Below, in pieces: positions 7,386 through 16,261 of a DNA stretch of 16,261 nucleotides. The stretch lies in contig NW_003314305.1 in assembly GCF_000143415.4 (NCBI RefSeq), forward strand, positions 1-16,261. The letters run 5' to 3'. The notes under the pieces are model-generated. The model was not told the DNA's origin, made no database searches, and was given only the letters and a program-made list of their open reading frames with translations. Source of the DNA: Selaginella moellendorffii (Eukaryota > Plantae > Lycopodiophyta). The translations under genes were made by a program, and so were the position numbers. How positions within the stretch are numbered: the first letter of the stretch is position 1; the number at the start of each line of letters is the position of its first letter.

Positions 7386-7700
7386 TTTACTACTTGCTTC
7401 ATGCTCGTCCCTTGAGCTCTTCGTTGGGAATTTAACTCCCACTCTTGAATATCCAAGTCGGAGCTTTTAGTCCAAATGTGTTACACTCATTTGGTTTCCG
7501 CTTTAGCCACTACCACATGGCACCCTTTCTGCTCCACTTTAGGGCTTAGAGATTTGTGTCTCACAATAATCTTCTACTGATGGTAAGTAAATACTCAAAA
7601 GCTGTACACTTTATAGCATGAGGATGATGGGGAAGATCATTTCAATCTAAGGAAGAAGCTTTTGATTGTTGTTCGTGAACTCAATTGTGTGTAGAACAAG

Positions 7701-8345
7701 ATGGAGCTTGAGGACACTCATGCATTAATTTTAATGTTGGAAGGCATGTTTTGTGGTGGTTTAGTGTGGATATTACTAGATAGTGGGAGCAATAATAACT
7801 TTGTTTCAACAAAGTTTGTTGAGGAGCACAATCTAGTGACACGAGGAATTCTGCCATACAATAGTGGAAGGTGCTACTACCCTTGCTTAGCATTTTGATG
7901 CTTGTGTAGAGGGGTTGGAAGAGTTGGTTAGTAAAACCATACTTGTGAAGATTTTTTATCTCATATCCATTGTGTGGATCTTATTCTTGGGATGCCATGG
8001 TTGGTGAAGGTGGATCTAAAGATAAAGTGGAGTATTAAGCATGTCTCACTAATACAATAGCATTAAAGATGTGTGGTTAAGAGAGGGAATTTAGCCTATA
8101 GTTGTTATACTCTTCACTACATCTTTGAAGTGGGCTTATCATAATGAAAAAGCACTTTCTAGTTACTTGCTTTTTGTTTGTGACTTGGGGAATCAAGGTA
8201 CGTGTGGGGGAGAGGCAATCATATGGGTTGTAATTAAAGAGTTTTTTGATGCTTTTCCGCTAAACTTCTTTATAGGTTGCCTTCATGACAAGGTGTGGAG
8301 CATGGGATTAAGGTATAGCCAAAGACACAACCAATTTAGCAACAT
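7701..8345 (+). pseudogene. Decayed Ty3/Gypsy (chromovirus-like) aspartic protease and pre-RT linker
   Basis: ILLDSGSNNNFVS (~7770-7808), DLILGMPWLVKVDLKIKW (~7977-8030), IKEFFDAFP and GVEHGI, with many stops and frameshifts. Confidence 0.85.
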
Positions 8346-9562
8346 TCATTTCAGTTGAGTTATGTGGAGGACCAAGAAGTTTAACCATTAAAGGCTCTCT
8401 TATTAAGTAAATTGCCCTCTTTTCAGTTGGTTTAAAGGGAGATAAATAGGGTGCACTACATGAGCGTGGACCATATTTGAGCTCATGAGTTGAAGAGTTG
8501 AGTTCATGAGTTAGGCTCAAGTTTCAATTGTAGTTTAATACAAACATTAAAAACTTTAAAATATTAAGGTTATGGCAAACTTAATAATTTCATAACTCTC
8601 TATATATTCTCTAGATAAAAATGTTCTAAAGAACACTTCTTATTCTAATAATTTAAATATTTATTATTAATATTCTAACATATTCTAATGTTCTAACACA
8701 ATTTTAATATTCTAACACATTATTATTCTAAATATTTACTATATGCCATAATAGGGATATTTATTAGAACATAAAATAAGATGTTTTAGAAAAAGTATTC
8801 TTGTCACTTCCTTAAATCTGTACTCTATGCTTTCTGACTAGTAAATGTCAAGTTTGTCAGAATTAAAAAATTATTAAATTTGAAATAAGATTCTATGTAA
8901 GGCCATATAACCGTTTGAAAGGAAAAAAGATAACCATTGATATAAGCTTATTACATATAAAAGAAAGGCTTAGTTCTTTTCTAGAATACACTTTTGAGGG
9001 GTTTGTCATAACATACTATTTAGAATTTATGGATCTTCATTCACATTCTCATTCAAAAAGAGGGAAATACACATAAATGTTTATGGGTTCTAATGTTGGT
9101 AATTTTCACTCTCACAATCTTTCTTCCCAGGGTTTAAGGGCTAGAAGATGCAATAACTATCCCATTGCATAGTATAACCAAACCATACAAGAGAATGAAA
9201 GAGAGGATAATGAAGATAGTGATCATGAGTTGGCTCGCTTACTTGTTTCTACAATTTTGTAACTTTCAAGAAATGCCCTATATATTTTGTAGCCTTTAGT
9301 GGAAACAATGGCGATGATTAGTACAATGGTATATATGCTCTCGCGATACACTGCAACATCACGCACCTGAAAGACTACCATAAAATATTTTTTGAGATGG
9401 TAAAGACAAAAATGGAGATACACGAGTAATTATGGGCAGTATTGCAAAAAGAACACTCGCAAGTATATAAAATAAAAAGTGAATAATTTTTTTTATTAAT
9501 TATATAAATTATAATAAGTTTATATTATTGATAGAGAATAAATATCGATAGTGTTGGAAAAT

Positions 9563-10950
9563 CTAGTTAACTCCAAAAGTTTTTTGCAACTCAGCAATAG
9601 AAAGGCTTGCTTGGTGTATATAAATATTCACTTTAGAATCTTGGTGCAAGATGTTGATGAAGATGTAGTACATATACTTGCAAGGAGTATATGCCTTCCC
9701 ATGTTCCCCACGCTTCATAAAGTTTAAACATATGTAAGAAGGAAGGTCTTGAATGGCAATTATATACTCTCCACCTTCTATTTTGACTATGTACTCCTTT
9801 GCAAACATAGTGATGTACTTTGTGGAGAGAATCTCACACTCAAGTGTTTAAGCTAAATTTGTTTTACCTTGCTTCTTCTTTAAGACAATACAAATAAATT
9901 TAACTACCTTACCTTTTCTTGCTAGCCTCTTGTGCATCTCTATAAGAATAATTCTAATTCTGTCACTTATGTCTCCAACTCTCCTCTCAAGATTGAAACT
10001 AGATTTCTCAAAGTTTTCAATCTTATCTAAGGTGAGCATAAACCCATTAGCAACTGGCCATTCTTTAGGTACTACATCAAATTTAGTCACTATAGTGTTT
10101 TCAAGTTGCTTCATATAGTTAGCATCGGTGTTGCAACAATACAACCAACACCATCTTGAAAATCCTTCTTGCTTTCATTCCCCATAGAAACATGGGGTTA
10201 GAATAGAAGCAGATTTGTCACTACAAATCCAAGCCCAACACTTGCCCCTTAAAAGCATCCCCACATATCTTACATTTGATTTTGCTGGCATGCATCAGAT
10301 TGCCCATTACTTTGGCTCCATGCTATGGTAACTAATTTCAACTTATTGTGATGCACTCTCTTCATCAGCCACTTGAGGTGGCTCAGTCCAAGAACGGTGT
10401 CTTGGAGTAGAATGGTACTCAAAATCAAGACTGTGAGAACTTTGCTCCAAGGTCTGTACCAACATTTTCACAAGTAAAGGAAAAATAATGCTTTGAGCAA
10501 ACAATCTTCATATCACCAATAGAAGCCCGAGGAGTGTACTCCATAGATGTGCCACGAATCACTTCCTCAATTTTAGTTGCCATTGTTTGGGCGGGTAGAG
10601 TTAACTTTCTTTTCATCCTATCATATAACATTAGAAAAGTACATACATTTTTGCATTGTGATTTTCGCACAAAGGCATTTCCTGAGTCAGGAATTGAGAT
10701 TAGGATTACTTCCAGTCTAAATTCCTGATTTGGATGATTGGGCATGTAGTGGTTATATAGGCTGGTGATAGCATGCCAGACCTATCCCCTTTCTGTTTTT
10801 TTATATCCTTGGCCATAATAACATACACTCCACTTGCTCAACATTTACTCTTCCCTTCCATGCCTATCTTACTCACTGCCTTCTAGGGATCAAGGCTGTG
10901 AGATGTGCAACAATCTCAGCTTCAACATCTTTGCAACAGCACATGGCTAA
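9563..10950 (-). pseudogene. Decayed SWIM zinc-finger gene, probably transposon-derived
   Basis: YIIAIQDLPSYICLNF..PCKYMYYIF..IHQASLS resembles a degenerate SWIM (PSCxCxDF..CKH). Upstream are Cys/Trp-rich blocks (TPCFYG, WLYCC, WPVANG.LT). The gene is fragmented over several frames and the upstream boundary is approximate. Confidence 0.6.
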
Positions 10951-11039
10951 GTATTTCTTTCCTTTTTATGTTTAGATCTAGTTTAAATTAAAGAGGATTC
11001 ACAAGATCATTGTAGAGGTGATTTTGTAGTTTTCCACTT

Positions 11040-11056
11040 TGGCGACCACGGTGGGA
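11040..11056 (+). promoter_or_regulatory. Primer-binding site, probably tRNA-Arg
   Basis: TGGCGACCACGGTGGGA lies 3 nt after ...CCA. From memory it resembles the complement of plant tRNA-Arg 3' ends; this was not checked. Confidence 0.78.
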
Positions 11057-11602
11057 TAGGCAAAGTGAAGAGCACCCAAAGAACAAATACTAGAAGCCTT
11101 AGCCACAACTAAAAGAAGAAGCCGAAGTCAAGAATCAAGGGAAAAGTCAAAAAGAGACAAAAAGAAGAAAATCGACAAAAATCTACAGCAAGAAGCATGG
11201 CAATCATGCTAGAGACCAAGCACTTCAAGACTACGATCATCTAGTGATCGCCCACTTCTCAGAAAGTCCAAGCATCTTCCATAACTACCTCTTGGCGAGA
11301 GGTTGAAGACGAAGAATATTCTGCGCATCAGAATATTTGAAGAATCTCCGACAAGAAATCAGAGCAAGCAAGTGTTAACGAGCATGAAAACATGAAGAAC
11401 ACTTGAAAATTGAAGCCATGGAAAACTTGGAGTGTGAGTTTAATCGTTTTTAACGAGAGGTTGAAAAAAACAAATATATCAAGAATCTACAATAAGGAAA
11501 CGACCAAAGAAAAATTCCAGCAACTGACAATGGAGGATGAATGAAAAAGCACGACTACCCATTTAGAGACACAAACTATACAAGATATGGATTGCCTTTT
11601 GT

Positions 11603-12673
11603 GTGGTTTCAGAAATTGTGCAAAACCATACAAGCAATGCTATCCAAAATGGCACTTGCAAGCAAGTGAAAGCAAGACTCCGAATCAGGGATGAATATGC
11701 CACAGTAGAAGAGAAAAAAGAACGAAAAGAAATAGCCCAAGAAAACAACACCAAAAAGAATAATGATAGTTTGGAAAAAGAAGAAAAACAAAGCTTTGGT
11801 TGCTTTCAAAAACTTCAAGAAACACTTTTGCGACTCTTTTACAAATTGTCTAGCAAATAGGAAGAATGTGAAAATGAGGAAATGTTGAAAGAAAAACATG
11901 TTTACTTTGATTTCTTTGCAACTCGAAGAACCCTGACTTGGGTGTATCGTGGACACATCTTTCAACAAACAATTATTGAATTCCTAGGCATACATAAACA
12001 TGAAACTTTTCAACTATTAACACTTGTTTTCAACACTGATTTGATGAGGGTTTTAGCAGCAACAGAGTGTGGAACCTTTGAACCACAAGTTCGTTGGTTT
12101 GTTGACACACTTAAATTTAGAGATTTTGAAGAGAATGCAAAATTACTTTATCTACTTCTTCAAAGTCCTCTGGGTGTAACACTACCAACAAGCACTCTTA
12201 ACGAACTATATACTATAGCATATTGGCATTGTTTAGGACAGATAAGAATAGCTGGAGAATTAAGGAATCAAGAACAAGGCAATCAACAAATTCGAATTGG
12301 GAATTTGAGTTCAAGAAACCGACGGGAACCTGAACTTGTGACAAGTTCAAGGGAACATCTTGAAAGCTCAAGGATTACAAATCGAAGGAGGAGAAATTCA
12401 AGACGGAATCACAATGGGCCAAGATTAAATACAGTAACAAACTTCAACTTTGACACGGAGGTCCAACATCGAAACCCCAGCTTAGAAATACATATCACTC
12501 GCAATCAACAAGGGAGAGTGCGTCCAAGGAGTCTCAACATTTTAAGGAGTATTTTAGGAGATCTTGTGTCAAAATTACAAACTTATAATGCAAGAATATT
12601 AATTGAGACTATACCTTGGGAAGTTCGTGAAGCGATTGACTCTGATCATGGAAGAGAACGTGCTATACGATAG
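11603..12673 (+). pseudogene. Extra ORF of unknown function between PBS and gag
   Basis: ORFs 11603..11860 and 11882..12673 are in one frame separated by a single TAG, and the frame continues past the TAG at 12673. The order is a charged N-terminal part, a globular hydrophobic core and an Arg-rich tail. Confidence 0.6.
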
Positions 12674-13248
12674 AGGGAAGTAGAACAAGACCGGCAAGAA
12701 CGGCCTCAGGGAAATGCACCATCACGACATCGACCATAGAGAAAAGCGCACTGGATAGATTTGCGCACACATAAGCTTACAGCAACAAGAATCTGTTAGA
12801 ATCCATACTTTGACGTGTGGACGTCACTTGAGACAAGAAACATACGAGAATTAGGACATTAAAAATACAACCACTGCTGTATTCAGCATCTTCAAATCTT
12901 ACCAACGACTAGGAAGCACAAAAGCTCATAGTGAGAGCTTGCATTCCAAAACAACCAACACATTGTAAGAGATTAAAACAATTGTTCAAGATTGGACTAC
13001 TAAAAAGAATTGCAATCGTTTGCATACCTACTCGATCCCAAAGTTGGCGAGCAGTAACCAAATTTACTAGTGAACAGCTAAATCGATCAATTTATGACAA
13101 AACAGACCTCCTTCCAACAAACAAAATCGTGCTTACTTACACCATCAGATTTTTCAAATACAAGACCTTACTTGAGCTAGACTCAGGAAAGTGATCTCGA
13201 GGCGAAACTCGGGAAGAATCAAGAAAGAAAACAAAAAAAAACTCGATT

Positions 13249-13333
13249 GAAGACTCAAGACACAAGAGCTTGACTTCACATTTAAACTACAAAACCAAAC
13301 TTGCAGAAGACTCAAGACACAAGAGCTTAACTT
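13249..13333. repeat. Short direct repeat (28 bp, offset 57 bp)
   Basis: GAAGACTCAAGACACAAGAGCTT(G/A)ACTT occurs at 13249 and 13306. Confidence 0.85.
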
Positions 13334-13765
13334 TGCAATTTATGAAGAACAACAATTAACTCAAGATAACGTAGGCAAAACACAAATTCAAGAAACTTAC
13401 CTCAACACTCAAGTTGAGAAGACTCAGCAAATTGAATGTACAAATAGAAACCAGACCCAATCAAGATCCGGGAAAGAGATCTTTGACAAAAGAATCGAGA
13501 AGTGAAAAAGGAAGAGGTAGTAAAAGAGAAATTATAACAACAACAGCAACAAATTTTAGAAACAATTTTAAACAAGTACGACAAAGAAGATAAAAAAATT
13601 CAAGTTGCCGAGTCGAGCAAACCAGTCAAAGATAACAAAGAACTGAATATCGAAGACGCCCCAGAGTTTGAGGCATTCGAAGAAGCAGAATACACAGCAC
13701 CAGAGTTTTACTCAAATCCGGACTCACCAGAACAACAACTCAACCAACAAAGTTTACAACCACCT

Positions 13766-14983
13766 ATGGCAATCATCAACCCGATGAAAACAATTGGAAG
13801 CATGATTACATATCCAATTTTCATAGGAAGTAAGTCAGAAGATTCAGAATTACATGTAAAGCAATTCAACCAAATTGTCAAGATGAACAATCAAGAACAA
13901 CACTAGCCATACTTTTCCCATACACACTTAAAGGAAAAGCTCTTGAGTGGTATCATACACTAGAGGATTCTGTACCACATGATGACAAAATTAAACAATT
14001 CAAAGAACAATTCCTAGCCGAAGGAACACTGGAGGAGCATTATGAGCAAATTAAAAATATAAAACAGCGACCAAAGGAAGGAATTCAAAACTATACTAGA
14101 CGATTCAAATTACATACAAAGAAATGTAAAGATCTCATCACCGACAAAGGCAAGAGTTTGTCTTATATACAAAGATTACGAGAAGCCTATGGCAACATGA
14201 TCGCATTGGCTGATACACCTGATGAAGAAAGTGTTGATTCACTATCTCAAGGAATCTTAAAACTTGAGAAATGGTTTAAGCAGTTCACTAAAGGTGAATC
14301 TTCTCATGTTAATGATGACTCAGATGATGAAGAGGAGGAAATACTAATCAAGACCAAAAAGAAATAGACATAGGGAAAAGACATTAGACATGTATTGAAG
14401 AAGTTAGCTTCAACAGAACTTAAACAAGGAGTCTTTTGTACAAAATGCAAAAATGAAGGACATTCTGTTTCAGATTGTAAATTCCAATTACCCAAATGTC
14501 AGATTTGTGATAGAGAAGGACATATAGCCAAGAATTATCGATATAGAAATACCACTGAAGTTTCAAGAGTGGAAAATGTTCAACGAGGAACACCACGACA
14601 AAATTATCAAGGAAACAACAACCAAGAACAAAGACCACCAAGAAATTATTACTACCAAGATAATCAACAATATAATCAAGGATATAATTGTGGATATAAT
14701 TCCCCACAAAATCAAAACTATAGTTAAGGACAAAATGATTATAGAGGCAATTACAATCAACAACGATATAATGGACACCAAAACAATTATCAACATCCAC
14801 AAGGGAACAACTACAACCAAAACCAACAAAGGCAATATAACAATTACAACAATCAAGCATCGCAACAAAATTATCAACCAAGACAAAATCAACCACAAGA
14901 AAATCAAATTCAACAACAATACAATCCACAAAACCAAAGAATCAATCAAGATCCTACTGGAAGACCATCAGCAGCACGAGTAA
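13766..14983 (+). pseudogene. gag: gag with two CCHC zinc knuckles and N/Q/Y-rich tail
   Basis: YPIFIGSKSEDSELHVKQF..LKGKALEWY..IKQRPKEGIQNYTRRF, then CTKCKNEGHSVSDC (14437-14478) and CQICDREGHIAKNY (14497-14538, last Cys lost). Several stops and frameshifts are present, and the frame may extend upstream. Confidence 0.9.
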
Positions 14984-15469
14984 TTCAAGTAGAAGTTGAT
15001 GTAGAAGATGAAGCACAACTAAGGACTGAAGAACCAGAAGTTCTGGCAATCACAAGAACACAATATGAATGTCAACAACCTGATAAATATGGAGAACAAG
15101 ATGAAAGTGATCATGCATTAGAAATCAAGAATACCGAGTGGAAAAAGAGTAAGAAAATACTTAACACCATTCAACAAGAGCTTCAAAACAAAGATCCCAA
15201 AATTATTAATGATCAAATATACAATCAAGACGACCAAACTCAAGTATTAAGCTTTACTCAAGAAGAGCATACAACCATTGCCGAGCACATACTACATCAG
15301 GGAATTACTTTGACCTTACAACAAATATTGCAAATAGCACCATATATGAAAGACTAAATCTTAAAGATATGTACTTGAAGGATCCTTGAAGCTTGCACAC
15401 AAGAAAAACACCAATCTCAACCAGCACAACAAGAACAAGTTGAAAGAATCCAACCCGGTGATTATGATG

Positions 15470-15810
15470 ATAATGTACCTTGTATCAACGTACACATCGG
15501 CAAAAATCATATTGAAAGAGCTATCCTTGATGGAGGTTCTGGGGTTAATATCATCGAATATGCACTATGCAAAGCTTTAGGATTGGGCAATATACAAACT
15601 GCACCATTCAATGTACGCATGGCTGATCAAAGAGTTGTTAGACTAGCAGGCATCATCTGTGATGTCTCTATGACAGTAAAAAAGGACATAAATTTAAAGT
15701 TAACTTTGTTGTGTTAAAAATGCCAATTGAAGAATCTTCTTATGAAATCTTGTTAGGCAGACCTTGGCTTAACAAAGCTGTTTCTACACAGTATTGGATG
15801 GAACATGAGA
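15470..15810 (+). pseudogene. Retropepsin aspartic protease of the plus-strand element
   Basis: AILDGGSGVNII (~15520-15555), FNVRMADQRVV and, after a frameshift, YEILLGRPWL (~15741-15770). Confidence 0.9.
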
Positions 15811-16154
15811 TATGTATCCAATCCTAACAAGGACAAACTAAAATATCAACATTGACAAGTAAAAAAATCTCAAGAAGTTTCCGACCAACATAAGTTCAAG
15901 AATACAATTGGCAAGAAGGTTTAGACGATCTTGAAGAAGCTAAGTTATTTGAAGCATATTCTGAACTTAAGGCAATTCAAGAACTTGACCTCAACAAGAT
16001 ACTTCCTGTAACCAAGTGTCAAGACTATGAAGATTCAAAACAACCCAATTTAAAGAAGATACATACAACAAAAACCACCATACAAAAAGCAAGACTAGCG
16101 ATACAACCCAAACAATTACAAATTATAGAATATCACCTAGATATACAAAACGAA

Positions 16155-16206
16155 CCAGCACTCACTCACCATTCAAATTAGTGAGTGAATGGTGAGTGAG
16201 TGCTGG
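16155..16206. repeat. Perfect 21-bp inverted repeat with 10-nt loop
   Basis: CCAGCACTCACTCACCATTCA (16155-16175), loop AATTAGTGAG, then TGAATGGTGAGTGAGTGCTGG (16186-16206). Confidence 0.95.
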
Positions 16207-16261
16207 AATCATCGTCAATCTGCAAAAACGTATCTGGAGCACTATGAAATCCAAAAGCCCG

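Larger units (their letters stand above)
10960..16261 (+). mobile_element. Decayed non-chromoviral Ty3/Gypsy (Tat/Ogre/Athila-related) LTR retrotransposon, continuing beyond the window
   Basis: LTR-like end ...TTTTCCA (11036), PBS, extra ORF, gag with CCHC knuckles and protease, with strongly A-rich sense strand. The left boundary is uncertain and the LTR appears truncated. Confidence 0.85.

Noticed and set aside
6652-7456. ORFs 6652..7203, 6674..6928 and 7101..7456 as genes
   Set aside because: They derive from the duplicated CR 3' end and from the minisatellite.
7538-7551. TTTAGGGCTTAGAG as an inverted telomere remnant
   Set aside because: It has one perfect unit and one poor unit, which is too short to support.
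8530-9550. AT-rich region with TTCTAA/TTAGAA motifs as a MITE or TIR element
   Set aside because: Only loose short direct and inverted motifs are present, with no definable TIR pair or TSD.
14420-14983. Hydrophobic minus-strand ORFs as membrane or env-like proteins
   Set aside because: They are the antisense of the CAA/AAC-rich N/Q tail of gag.

Overview
This window is the left end of a plant-type chromosome: a (CCCTAAA)n telomere at 1-436 followed by a layered, retroelement-built subtelomere. A non-seed land plant such as a lycophyte is my inference from the repeat families, and the sequence does not prove it. Moving inward, the window contains: (i) a 12-mer minisatellite and two tandem duplications; (ii) a TATA box with a minimal type I hammerhead ribozyme of the Penelope-like kind (1748-1800), followed about 150 nt later by a degenerate CCCTAAA tract (1951-2007), a layout resembling the 3' end of a telomere-attaching Penelope/Terminon-like retroelement; (iii) a minus-strand Ty3/Gypsy element (LTR, PBS, gag) cut off inside gag exactly at that tract, with its LTR starting in a second fossil telomere tract (3554-3591) that itself caps a broken Gypsy RNase H fragment; (iv) a Crinkler-like gene (helical header, P-loop NTPase, PD-(D/E)xK nuclease) with a frameshift and a 3' tandem duplication joined by a template-switch patchwork; (v) decayed Gypsy protease and SWIM-domain pseudogenes; (vi) a large decayed plus-strand non-chromoviral Gypsy element (Arg-type PBS, extra ORF upstream of gag, gag with two zinc knuckles, protease) with a perfect 21-bp hairpin near the window end. 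All calls come from reading motifs by eye; no searches were run.
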